In this document: positions 37,645 through 47,332 of the stretch, one piece after another | How the letters are laid out: the number at the start of each line of letters is the position of its first letter | How positions within the stretch are numbered: the stretch's first letter is position 1 | IMG/VR virus record: IMGVR_UViG_3300028833_000055 | Coordinates: 110,446-174,445 of that record | Strand: one strand, 5' to 3' | Source: a virus | Taxonomy: Duplodnaviria; Heunggongvirae; Uroviricota; Caudoviricetes | DNA: 64,000 nucleotides | The notes under the pieces: generated by a model | The model's input: the letters and a program-made list of their open reading frames with translations, nothing else | Databases searched by the model: none | Told to the model about the DNA's origin: nothing | Program-made: the position numbers and the translations under genes

Positions 37645-38573
37645 TGAACGAGTATAATAACAAATATAATAAGGATGACGTATTCATCAGGAATATGATT
37701 GTGTGTTTTCTTGCTGAACTAAACAAGAAAATTTTCTACTACAACAGACTTGATAACAACACATTGCAGAAAGTGACGGTTCCCTGTATGTATGCAATCA
37801 CCGGACAGGAGAGGTTTTTAAAGGATGAGTTCTTTTACGACCCAATCAATATGGGTATGGCGATAGGCGACTACGAAAGACTTCCCCGTGTCATCGTCAG
37901 ACTTTCAGGACTGAACATAAACACGGCCGAACAGACGAACAAATACAACCACACCAAGATAGTAAGGGAGTCAAACGGAAAGATGAGAACCTGCTATCTG
38001 AATGTGGAATGGGTTCCCGTACAGTTGTCATTCGACTGTAATCTGATATGCTCGAACAACATAGAACTCTTCAAACTGACGGAATGTATAATCAGCAAGA
38101 TATACAAGAACCCTAACTACTTTAAGGTTGATTTCGGAATGTGCAATGTTGACGCCGCCTTCGAGGGCCCTGAAAACTATTCGGGTCAAGTACCTACGGA
38201 ATTTGGACTGAATGATAAAAAGGAGTTCAGAATGGACTTCTCCATAGAGATGAAATCGTTCATACCGGCGTTTGAACACGGTCTTCTGCTGGGTGAGATA
38301 GACGAAATGCTGGCGAAGATACCGGTTGAAAACGACGGTATAGTTATGTTCAGACCCGACGATTATGGAAATATGGGTATGAGAACCGGCGGTGTACTTG
38401 AAAAATTCCGTGTTTCCGGATATAATTTCTACATACAACCGGCAACACTTCTCTCCAATACACACCAGGTCCCGAGCATTGCACACAACGAGGAGGAACT
38501 GAAGAAAAAGGATTTGAATGAAGACCTCGTTATAAGGTTCTATTACTCTCCCGATGACGATGAGACTGCATAA
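37644..38573 (+). CDS. gp15: tail terminator/sheath stabiliser (T4 gp15-like)
   Basis: DVFIRNMIVCF...VTVPCMYA...ERF...LPR...VPVQLSF. Confidence 0.65.
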   Translation: MNEYNNKYNKDDVFIRNMIVCFLAELNKKIFYYNRLDNNTLQKVTVPCMYAITGQERFLKDEFFYDPINMGMAIGDYERLPRVIVRLSGLNINTAEQTNKYNHTKIVRESNGKMRTCYLNVEWVPVQLSFDCNLICSNNIELFKLTECIISKIYKNPNYFKVDFGMCNVDAAFEGPENYSGQVPTEFGLNDKKEFRMDFSIEMKSFIPAFEHGLLLGEIDEMLAKIPVENDGIVMFRPDDYGNMGMRTGGVLEKFRVSGYNFYIQPATLLSNTHQVPSIAHNEEELKKKDLNEDLVIRFYYSPDDDETA

Positions 38574-38606
38574 ATATATGGTAGTAAAAACAAAAAGAGA
38601 ATATAA

Positions 38607-40403
38607 ATGTTAAGTTTACAGAACATTCTGAATACGGAAGGACAAGAATTTATTGACAATCTGTTCAACAAGGAAGTCATAGTGACCGAAAAGTTGAATG
38701 CCGCAACATTATCCTTCAAAAAAATACAGTCATCCGAAATGGACCTGAGTAGAAAACTCACCTTCTACAAAGGTTCTGGTGTGAATAAAAAGGAGATAAC
38801 CATAGCCGACAAGGTTATGACGACCTTCTATGCAAGCGGTATGACATATCTGAGCAATATGAGCAAACTCATCATAGACAGGATTCCCGCCAACTGGACA
38901 TTCATTTGCAGATATTTCCCGAACCATCAGCCGAGTTTTATAAACTATTCGGTTCTACCGAAGAACAATCTCGTATTGTCTTGTATCATAACAAACGGTG
39001 GAACGAAGATAGATGATGTCGATGATTTGAGAAGCTGGGCAGAAATGTTCGACATAGCATATCAGGAACCTGTCTTCAAGGGTTATCTCACACAATACCA
39101 GAAGGAAAGACTTACAGACTATATAAAGGACGGTTCAACCAGCAAGGACTCGTTTGCAAGGTTCGTGATAACGATGCTCAACCCGAGTCTGACACATTCG
39201 ATATATCAGGAAGACGGATTCGAATCACCGATAGACGGTTTCATATTCAAGTTCATATCGGACGACGGAGTTACCAAACCGGTATCTGCAAAACTTATAG
39301 ACCCGTATATGTCAAGTCTTATTGCAAAGAACAAGATAAAGAAAGGATTTGAAGACAACAAGGACGTACTGTTGTCAGACTTTACAATCTTTATGATGAG
39401 TCAAGACCTCAATTCGATTATCCTTACAGGTGAAACGGACGAAGACAGATATCTCGAACTGTTCTATGTCCTTTTCAACAGATACATAAAATACAAGAAA
39501 GCCCAGCTCGAGGATTTCGACGTGGATACAAACGATGTCGTAAAGGAAAGCATAGATGTGGATTTCAGCGTAGATGTGGATAAAATATCCAACGAGACCA
39601 CAAAGAAACTTCTGCACGAGAATCCGGAATACTGCAATATATTCAAGACTTTGCTCGGTAGTTTCAGGGTGAAGAAACCGGAAAACTACAAGTCTCTGGT
39701 TATGGCACCGAACATAGTAAGGATGTTCAACGGTATGGTTGACAACATAGCGGAAAAGTCAAAGTCCGGATGTGCAAGGAAGAATATGTCATTCTCCGAA
39801 TATATATCGACAATCAAGAACAAGGACATAACCGATATGGATATCCACAATGCACCGAAGGAGGTTAAGGACGAGATGGGTATAGTCGAACCAGACTTCA
39901 AGCAGAGGGAACCATTGTCATTCGCAGACTTCAAGAAAAAGGACGAGAAGGATGAAAAGGAAAAGAAGAATGACGAGAGGTTGAAATCCATAGAGGATAT
40001 GATTAAGCAACTCAAGGACACCGTAAAGGACATATCCGACGAAGCGAAGAAAACCAAAAAGGAAGAGGAAAAGCAGACGGATAAGATTGAAAAACTCGAA
40101 AAGGAAAAATCGGAAGACAAGAAAAAGTCCGAAGATGAAGACAAGGAAAAGTCTGAAGACAAGGAAAAGAAATCCGATACCTCCGACAAAGGTGAAGACA
40201 AGAAAAACGACACCGAAAAGAAAGACGATGAAGAGGAAAAGAAGGATGACGAAGAAAACGGTGACGAAGAAAAGTCCGATGAAGGTGGTGATGAAAAAGA
40301 CAATGGTGACGAAGGTGGTGACGAAGGTGGTGACGAAGGCGGCGATGAAGGCGGCGATGAAAAGAAATCCGAAAAGAAAGAAGGTGGATTCGGAGGACTA
40401 TAA
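38607..40403 (+). CDS. ligase/nucleotidyltransferase-fold-like protein with long acidic tail
   Basis: TEKLNAA (KxDG-like) and IDGFIFK (EGxVxK-like); C-terminal D/E/K/G low-complexity region ending GGFGGL. Confidence 0.45.
   Translation: MLSLQNILNTEGQEFIDNLFNKEVIVTEKLNAATLSFKKIQSSEMDLSRKLTFYKGSGVNKKEITIADKVMTTFYASGMTYLSNMSKLIIDRIPANWTFICRYFPNHQPSFINYSVLPKNNLVLSCIITNGGTKIDDVDDLRSWAEMFDIAYQEPVFKGYLTQYQKERLTDYIKDGSTSKDSFARFVITMLNPSLTHSIYQEDGFESPIDGFIFKFISDDGVTKPVSAKLIDPYMSSLIAKNKIKKGFEDNKDVLLSDFTIFMMSQDLNSIILTGETDEDRYLELFYVLFNRYIKYKKAQLEDFDVDTNDVVKESIDVDFSVDVDKISNETTKKLLHENPEYCNIFKTLLGSFRVKKPENYKSLVMAPNIVRMFNGMVDNIAEKSKSGCARKNMSFSEYISTIKNKDITDMDIHNAPKEVKDEMGIVEPDFKQREPLSFADFKKKDEKDEKEKKNDERLKSIEDMIKQLKDTVKDISDEAKKTKKEEEKQTDKIEKLEKEKSEDKKKSEDEDKEKSEDKEKKSDTSDKGEDKKNDTEKKDDEEEKKDDEENGDEEKSDEGGDEKDNGDEGGDEGGDEGGDEGGDEKKSEKKEGGFGGL
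40262..40361 (+). repeat. in-frame GGTGACGAA(GGT) / DEGG microrepeats
   Basis: gacgaaggtggt x2 and gatgaaggcggc variants encode DEGG repeats. Confidence 0.75.
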
Positions 40404-40427
40404 GACACACATAAAATAAATTGATAT

Positions 40428-40697
40428 ATGAAAAAACTATCACAGATAAACGAGGGGATGTTCTCGGCCATAAAGGCGAGTTTCCAGATAACAAAGGCAC
40501 AAGGAAAAGTTATAAAATATTTTCAAGACAATAGCAAAGACTATGAAACACCACAGGACATTGAAAAGGATTTACCAAAAGTCGCCAAAGAAGCATATGA
40601 CGAATGTGTAAAAGAAGAAGATGCAATCAAGTTCAACGAATGGTTTCCCGATTTCAAGAAATCGTTTATGAATGAACTAAAAAAACAAAATTCATAA
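40428..40697 (+). CDS. small late protein with CTS-like N-terminus
   Basis: Begins MKKLSQINEG. Confidence 0.65.
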   Translation: MKKLSQINEGMFSAIKASFQITKAQGKVIKYFQDNSKDYETPQDIEKDLPKVAKEAYDECVKEEDAIKFNEWFPDFKKSFMNELKKQNS

Positions 40698-40723
40698 ATA
40701 TAGTAAAATCAACAACTGGAATT

Positions 40724-42322
40724 ATGAATGATGTTTTAAATACTAATCTAATCAATCTGATTGCTAGTTTCAAGAAAACGGGTCAGTCGGATGAAGTCAT
40801 AAAGCAGAGTTTATGGCAGATGGGTGTAATTCCCGAACTCATAGACAAGCATATCGACTATTACAATTCACACCCGTCACAGACATATAAAAACTATGTC
40901 GGACCAACCGCAGTAAAAGAAAACAACAATAATATGAAATTGACATTAGAAAACTTGTACAAAAGTACAGTGAAAGCGATAGATGCTTTAAAGACTATGA
41001 GAAACGACGACAAACTCGGTTTTTCAGCCGCATCAGCACAGTCCATCATTGAAAACAACCTTTCAAAGTTGAATATCTCAAATGACAATATGATAATTTT
41101 GCAAGAATGTATCAATGAGGGAAAAGAAGTGGAGGATACGCTTGTAAACCCAATACTGAAGTATGCAGTTTCTGAAAATTTATTCTATGACCTTACACAG
41201 TATGACTGGATTATGCCTGTATCAGACCTCCGTAAATCCATTTTTGAAACTTTCAGTGGTGACAAGTGGGGTTATGTTGCAGCCAAGTTTGCACAGAAAA
41301 TCTCCGGACAGACTTCAAACAAGGCATTTGAAAAACTGTATGAAAGCTTGATTGACACCTTGATAGGTGAAACAAACAAGAGACAGGCTCTAAAAGATGT
41401 TCTTCTTGAAAACATCTGGAACGGTGAAGCGAAAGGTCTTCTCTCTTCAATAGTAGCGGAGGAAAAGATGGAACAGGGTGAAATCGACAAGAGAATATAC
41501 GAGAACTCGAACTGCTCTGTAAGAAAGAATATTTCCCCATTGCTCGTTGACGGTGAAAACAGAGTTTTCTTCCTTAACGGAAAGAACTACATATTCAACG
41601 GACAGGAACTCAAAGAGGCGAGTGTTACCGACAGAAGGTACCTCAATGTACTCGAAGGTCTCTCACTTATGAAGTACGAACCCGAAAAGGACCGTCTCGT
41701 ATATTACGGAAAGAACAATATGGTTCTCGAATTCAACTGCAATGACGACAAGTTCAATTTGTCGGGCAATGAAAGTTTCTCGGATATGAGTCTCATAGAT
41801 ATGAACGAGACTTTGAAGAGAAGCGGTATCTTTGACCGTGAAACTATCCAGAACTGTGAGAAACTCGTAAAGTTCTATGAAAGCAAAGACCTTCTTACCG
41901 AACTCGATACAATCACCACAATCAGCAGAAACGATGTTGCCGGTGTTATGGTAAGTATCATAAATGTCGGTGAAAGCATTGCTGTCAACAAGGTGAACAC
42001 TCCTTTCAACTACAATGAAATGGTTATCTGTGAATCTGCAATGGAGGCTTGCAATGTCATCAAGGACTTTATGAAATATGACGCTACAACAATCCTTCAG
42101 GAAAGGCTTAAAAAAGAGGGTGAGGAAAAGGCCATAATCGAGTCAAAGAGAAACGAAATCAAGGACACACTTGCATTCCTGTCGGAAAAGAGAGCTGAAA
42201 TCGTGGAAGCACTCCAATCAACCAACAACAACGAGCAGTTGCAGGAAGCATTGAAACTCGTAGATGGTGAAATCCGTAAGTTTGAAAAGGAGCTTCAGGA
42301 GTCATATGATGAAAGGAAATAA
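40724..42322 (+). CDS. late protein, possibly prohead core/scaffold
   Basis: 532 aa with a C-terminal coiled coil, an internal INEG and a late promoter at 40692-40700. Confidence 0.45.
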   Translation: MNDVLNTNLINLIASFKKTGQSDEVIKQSLWQMGVIPELIDKHIDYYNSHPSQTYKNYVGPTAVKENNNNMKLTLENLYKSTVKAIDALKTMRNDDKLGFSAASAQSIIENNLSKLNISNDNMIILQECINEGKEVEDTLVNPILKYAVSENLFYDLTQYDWIMPVSDLRKSIFETFSGDKWGYVAAKFAQKISGQTSNKAFEKLYESLIDTLIGETNKRQALKDVLLENIWNGEAKGLLSSIVAEEKMEQGEIDKRIYENSNCSVRKNISPLLVDGENRVFFLNGKNYIFNGQELKEASVTDRRYLNVLEGLSLMKYEPEKDRLVYYGKNNMVLEFNCNDDKFNLSGNESFSDMSLIDMNETLKRSGIFDRETIQNCEKLVKFYESKDLLTELDTITTISRNDVAGVMVSIINVGESIAVNKVNTPFNYNEMVICESAMEACNVIKDFMKYDATTILQERLKKEGEEKAIIESKRNEIKDTLAFLSEKRAEIVEALQSTNNNEQLQEALKLVDGEIRKFEKELQESYDERK

Positions 42323-42324
42323 TA

Positions 42325-42603
42325 ATGAAATTTCTGTCATTTGAAGAATTTGTCGGTGAATCGTTTATCGACACAACCACCAAACCGGAGCAAGTTGATT
42401 TTGAAAAAAAGAAAATGCTCAAAAACGGATACATAGAAGTGGTTGTCAAGGAACCGGTCGAAGGGCTTGAAAAGGGTGATGTGGTCTTCGCCCTTTCCAA
42501 CGAGTTCGGTCAGATAGGGAATAACGCCTTGATAAAAGTCCTGAAAGACGAGAAAGACAAAAAGGGAGTTATAATACCGATAGAAAACTTGAAATTAAAA
42601 TAA
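42325..42603 (+). CDS. small late protein with CTS-like N-terminus
   Basis: Begins MKFLSFEEFVGES. Confidence 0.65.
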   Translation: MKFLSFEEFVGESFIDTTTKPEQVDFEKKKMLKNGYIEVVVKEPVEGLEKGDVVFALSNEFGQIGNNALIKVLKDEKDKKGVIIPIENLKLK

Positions 42604-42663
42604 ACGGAAATGTTCATTTCCGTTTTTTGTTATTTTTATAGTATATAAAATAATTTTTTGGTT

Positions 42664-43044
42664 ATGTCAAAGTCAAGTAGTAAGAAACACTACATGAACA
42701 ATGATGAATTGAAGGCCGAAATTTTAAAGTGTAAGGAGAGCAGAGTTGTAAGTGACAAACTCGGTGAGATGTTCTTCAAGATAGTGGAAAACATATCGAG
42801 AAGTTTCTACTGGGAGAACAAGGATGACGGTGACGACTGCAAGGCCAACGCTCTCTATGACTTATGTAAGAATTTCTGGAAATATGAACCTGAGACCGGA
42901 AGCGCCTTCGCCTTCTGCACCCAGATAGCGTATTTCGGAATAGCGGGTGAAAAGCGAATTTTGTATCCCAAGAAATACGAAGGAACTATTTCACTGACTT
43001 GCATTGATGATGACGGCAACAATTTCGAAATGTATAACTTGTAA
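42664..43044 (+). CDS. gp55: late sigma factor (T4 gp55-like)
   Basis: KHYMNNDEL...LGEMFFKIVENI...NFWKYEP...SAFAFCTQIAYF; replication-type promoter at about 42624. Confidence 0.75.
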   Translation: MSKSSSKKHYMNNDELKAEILKCKESRVVSDKLGEMFFKIVENISRSFYWENKDDGDDCKANALYDLCKNFWKYEPETGSAFAFCTQIAYFGIAGEKRILYPKKYEGTISLTCIDDDGNNFEMYNL

Positions 43045-43102
43045 GAGGAGGACAAACAAATGTCCTCCTTTTTTATCATAAATAACATATATATGCTTTT
43101 TA

Positions 43103-44398
43103 ATGATTATGAGTAGTAATTTGTTTCAAAATGACAAAATCGTAGCGAACTCATTAGTGGGTTTTGAAATTTACGGAATATTCAAGTATGACGATGATGA
43201 ACTTCTGGAAGTATTGAGAAATATCCTCAACAGGGACATTACATTCTCCAACGTGGAGTTTAAGCTTCTCGAACCAACCGACAACACCGCCGTACTTATG
43301 AAAGACGGAACATATTCAGTCATAAAGACACCAAAATACAGTTATTTCGAAGCTATGTTCGTTATGCCGAAGATACTTGAACTCACCAAACACTTGAAGG
43401 AAACAAAAAACACATATATCTACTTCAACATAGGTTTCAACGAGGAGTTCTGTAATTTGAGCAACTTGAACATAACAAAATTCATATTTGATTTCAATGA
43501 AGACTCCGTATATAAGAATATCGGTGACTCCACAGTAAACGGCGATATGAAAAGTATAACCGAAATAAAGCCCACGAAATACGAAGATGTACAGGACAAG
43601 GTTCAGAAGCAGATAGAATCCTTGAAGTTTATGGACGATGAGGAATCCATATACGGAATAACATTCGACAAGTTGAATATCGGAACGGTAACATTCAAAT
43701 ATGCTAGAAACATAAAGTACAAGGATAAATGGGAGGGTATTCTTAAATCGTTGAACCACACAATCACAACACTGTATAATTGTACTGTTTCAAATGAACT
43801 CACGGATGAACACATAAAGAAACTTGAAAAACTGAACGACCAGTATTCTGAATATGAAAAGTCTTTCAGGTGCTATGAACTTTTCCACGAAAAATATAAA
43901 TCAATAAAGATAACTTCGGATTTAAACGATGACAAGATGGTCATAGATGTCATATTCCCGTCGATAAAGGAAAAGTTGTTCGACCTTGTAATCTGCAACA
44001 ACATAAAGACCGCTGAAATAAACTATGACTCGGATTTGTCGAGATTCCAAATCAAGGAAATAACATTGAAGGGATGTTATCATATAAACAACATTGATAT
44101 AGTTGAAAGTGAGATACAGAACTGCTACATAAAGGACTGTGATATATACGACACCAAGATAACAAACAGCAATATAGTAAACTGCAACCTTTTCGGTTAT
44201 GGTGACTGCAAGGATTCAAAGTTCAAGAACTGCTTTATCAGCAGAAACATAGAACTGAAAGACTGTGAAGTTTCCGGAAAACTCGGAAAGATGGGTGGCA
44301 GTATGAAAGGCGGTTCGTTGAAAAACACGACTGTCATAACGGATTCGGCCGACATTGCCGATGATGTCGAGAAGATAAATGTAAACAGTATATCGTAA
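43103..44398 (+). CDS. late protein with degenerate amidoligase-like N-terminus and beta-helix-like C-terminus
   Basis: VGFEIY...KTPKY...TKNTYIYFNIGF resembles COOH-NH2 ligase motifs lacking the catalytic residues; C-terminal IxNC/IxDC repeats. Confidence 0.35.
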   Translation: MIMSSNLFQNDKIVANSLVGFEIYGIFKYDDDELLEVLRNILNRDITFSNVEFKLLEPTDNTAVLMKDGTYSVIKTPKYSYFEAMFVMPKILELTKHLKETKNTYIYFNIGFNEEFCNLSNLNITKFIFDFNEDSVYKNIGDSTVNGDMKSITEIKPTKYEDVQDKVQKQIESLKFMDDEESIYGITFDKLNIGTVTFKYARNIKYKDKWEGILKSLNHTITTLYNCTVSNELTDEHIKKLEKLNDQYSEYEKSFRCYELFHEKYKSIKITSDLNDDKMVIDVIFPSIKEKLFDLVICNNIKTAEINYDSDLSRFQIKEITLKGCYHINNIDIVESEIQNCYIKDCDIYDTKITNSNIVNCNLFGYGDCKDSKFKNCFISRNIELKDCEVSGKLGKMGGSMKGGSLKNTTVITDSADIADDVEKINVNSIS

Positions 44399-44399
44399 T

Positions 44400-44759
44400 A
44401 TGTTAAAGGATATATATGCAATCCCCAACGGAGAGAAGAGATACAAGGACAATGTTATGGAATTGTCCAATGAACTCGATGTGATAATACAGCAGGTCGA
44501 TATGCTTCTCTTTACAAACCAAGGAGATGTCCTGTTGCTTCCGGATTTCGGTTGTAACCTTGAAAAATACCTTTTTGAAACATCATACAACGAGACGGTT
44601 ATAAAATCTATGATTCTTAACCAGATACGAAAGTACATATACTTGACCGGAACATATTCGGTGGATGTGGACGTAAGTTTTATAAAATGGGACTACAATG
44701 TGGCGATGGTGGTCGACTTGACAATCGACAACAAAAAGGTGGCGAGTTATCTCGTTTAA
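44400..44759 (+). CDS. gp25: baseplate wedge subunit (gp25-like)
   Basis: QQVDMLLFTNQGDVLLLPDFGCNLEKYLFE. Confidence 0.75.
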   Translation: MLKDIYAIPNGEKRYKDNVMELSNELDVIIQQVDMLLFTNQGDVLLLPDFGCNLEKYLFETSYNETVIKSMILNQIRKYIYLTGTYSVDVDVSFIKWDYNVAMVVDLTIDNKKVASYLV

Positions 44760-44784
44760 AGGAGGAGAAGAACATCCCCTTCTT

Positions 44785-47265
44785 CTATTTCAAGAACCCC
44801 AATTCATAAACCATAGGTCTCATCTTATCGGCAAGGACTTTGTAAAGGTTCTTAAAATCTTCGAAATCATCTTTCAGATATTCCTTCCAGAGGGCTTTCA
44901 ACTGATAGAAACCGGCGTCCCAGTTGAGAATTTGATATTCCTTGTGGTCGTCATCAAACAGTTCACGGTATTTAAAACTCTTTCTGACGAGTTCTTCGGC
45001 CTTCTCCAACACCTTTATGGCTTCAGGTGAGAAATCATCCCTATGGTCACGTACATAAGCATAGACATATCTTTCATCGGCGGTACGGGCATCCTCATAT
45101 GTGAAATCCTGGTTATTTTTATTTGCAAGTTCCATAATCTCGGACTTGCTCATCCAGAAGAACTCGTTCTTGATGTCCCATAACTTATCTTTATACTCGA
45201 CTTGACGGAGTGACGACTGGTTGGACTTGCTTTCAAACAATGAATAAACAATGCTATCGTTCATAAACTCATTCCATTTCGGATGATTTTCATTTGGAAC
45301 AAGGTATTCGTCTGCCCAGTTAATCCAATCCGCCTTGACTAATCTGCGGGCAGCGAACAATGCTGTGCAACGGGTGAAGTTTTCAGCAAAAACAGGTACA
45401 TTGGTTTTACCTATTGAATTAGGTGAACACATTAGAAAAACATCTTGTTTGCTATGATTTACATTATTGTTGCCGTTGGTAAACCAACCAATAGTATTTT
45501 TAGAAGACTTGATTGTTTTATTGGATATATTAACACCACTCTTAAAACAATGCACATCTTCGCTTTTATCATATTTACCAACAGATTTTACCCATTCGCT
45601 TGCTATTTTAACACCATCGTTATTGTACACTATTTTCTTACCCCGTTCAACAATCTCACCCTCTACGCTGTCTGTTAATGTATATTCAAAGTCGTTTTTG
45701 TTTTCAGTAATTCCGTTGTGCCATAGACTGAATGAAATACCCCAAGTATCTGCACAATCAGCAAAATGACTTGCCTTGAACTGGATAGCATTATCAAACA
45801 CAAATTCATTAAGATATATATTTCTAAAACCTTCCCAACTTGTGCCAGTTAAAAATTGTGTCGGAGAAAATAGGGTAATATGGCAGTTGGTAAGATTAAA
45901 TTGCTTTTTGATTTGTAAAATACGATACAAGAACTGGGCATACAAGTTTGCAGAACAAGCACCAATTTTGTTGGTTTTCATTTGAGTGTTTACCATTGTT
46001 TCGGTTGTACCTTTGGTCGTACCCATTAAACCACCATTTTCACTTTTACCTGCTCTTGCATACGGCGGGTTCAAAAAGAACACAATCGGCTTGTTTTCCA
46101 ATAATGCGTCCTTCAGTCCCTTCGGAAGTTTGTCACTATACACTCCGAGCAAGGAGTCCCTGCCAGCAATATCATCGTTCAAAAAGTCGAACTGGAATGA
46201 TACACCTTCCCTGTTATACCTTTCGCTAATATCCAGTTCGCTCTGGAACAAAGTCGAACAATACAATTCCTTGAACTTGTAGTCACGGGTCAGATTCTTG
46301 CTTCCACAGCAGTTATCCCAGACCACATATTCATCCTTCCAGTTCTCACCGAGTTCCTCGCTAATCATCTTGTGTGCATAGTCGACCCACAATGTCGGAG
46401 TCCAGAAATCACCGCTGTTCCTCCTGTCCGTATCCTCAATCAGTCTGTCGGCAATCGCCGTAAGGTTATTCTTCTCCTGCGGTGTATAATTCCTCTGGAA
46501 ATAACCGAAAAACGATTTGAATCCGTCACCGTTGATATCCACGCTACCCATCGGAGTTACCAATATGTTCTTTCTGGTCGGGTGCTGGTAGTAATCGTCT
46601 CCGTTTGTAATCACACCCATAAAAACTCCAACCAAATCGTGTGACTTGATTTTCTTCGTGGATTTAATTACATTACGGCAGAAATAATCATAAATCGCCG
46701 ATATGTTATGTTCATTCACATGTACATATCTCTGTACATTTTCCGCCAAGTCCTCGATTTTACGGGCGACATCATTAAATGAGAAATCCTTGTCGATATT
46801 AAATACAAACGGATTAATGTCATCGTCTCCGGCGATTTTCAAAACAAGGTCCGGATACTTGGAATACGCCGATGAAGGAGCTACACTCCAATCCACATCT
46901 TCATCGAGATATTTCAGAAGACAGTTGATATGTATGACAAAACATTCGTTCTTGTCACCGACCATACACACATTGGGAAGAACCATACCGTTGAGTTCAA
47001 ACTGCTTGAGATAGAACAGAACTTGTATGAGAACTTTCGCCCGTCCCGTCCTGCTTGCAAGAAGTTCATCAAGTTTATATTCGATGATTAACTTCAATAT
47101 TTTACCGTTGCTTGTCTTCGTATCGACATATCCGTCACAAGCGAAAGGGTGTGTAATATCAACATCCGGAAAATACAAGTTAATACCTTGATTGTACACA
47201 TCCTCGACTTCACGCTCAATAACTGACCTGCTTATTCTTTCAAAAAAATTATTCGCCATAATCAA
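44785..47265 (-). CDS. type IIG-like fused restriction-modification enzyme / N6A methyltransferase
   Basis: N-terminal CDGY...IIEYK, then GDFWTP, WDNCCGS and FFLNPPY; upstream host-type promoter. Confidence 0.75.
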   Translation of the reverse strand: MIMANNFFERISRSVIEREVEDVYNQGINLYFPDVDITHPFACDGYVDTKTSNGKILKLIIEYKLDELLASRTGRAKVLIQVLFYLKQFELNGMVLPNVCMVGDKNECFVIHINCLLKYLDEDVDWSVAPSSAYSKYPDLVLKIAGDDDINPFVFNIDKDFSFNDVARKIEDLAENVQRYVHVNEHNISAIYDYFCRNVIKSTKKIKSHDLVGVFMGVITNGDDYYQHPTRKNILVTPMGSVDINGDGFKSFFGYFQRNYTPQEKNNLTAIADRLIEDTDRRNSGDFWTPTLWVDYAHKMISEELGENWKDEYVVWDNCCGSKNLTRDYKFKELYCSTLFQSELDISERYNREGVSFQFDFLNDDIAGRDSLLGVYSDKLPKGLKDALLENKPIVFFLNPPYARAGKSENGGLMGTTKGTTETMVNTQMKTNKIGACSANLYAQFLYRILQIKKQFNLTNCHITLFSPTQFLTGTSWEGFRNIYLNEFVFDNAIQFKASHFADCADTWGISFSLWHNGITENKNDFEYTLTDSVEGEIVERGKKIVYNNDGVKIASEWVKSVGKYDKSEDVHCFKSGVNISNKTIKSSKNTIGWFTNGNNNVNHSKQDVFLMCSPNSIGKTNVPVFAENFTRCTALFAARRLVKADWINWADEYLVPNENHPKWNEFMNDSIVYSLFESKSNQSSLRQVEYKDKLWDIKNEFFWMSKSEIMELANKNNQDFTYEDARTADERYVYAYVRDHRDDFSPEAIKVLEKAEELVRKSFKYRELFDDDHKEYQILNWDAGFYQLKALWKEYLKDDFEDFKNLYKVLADKMRPMVYELGFLK

Positions 47266-47278
47266 TTTCTGTTTTTCA

Positions 47279-47291
47279 CAAAGATACTATT
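47279..47291 (-). promoter_or_regulatory. Bacteroidota-type TAnnTTTG promoter element
   Basis: The minus strand reads AATAGTATCTTTGTG, the same core as at about 5800. Confidence 0.65.
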
Positions 47292-47332
47292 TTTTTCATA
47301 AATATAATATATAAAAACAATTATAAAGTTTT

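Noticed and set aside
39686-40500. Long antisense ORFs (261, 162 and 110 aa) and the many other shadow ORFs in the track
   Set aside because: They are Ser/Phe-rich mirrors of low-complexity or codon-biased genes on the other strand or frame, without promoters or recognisable motifs.
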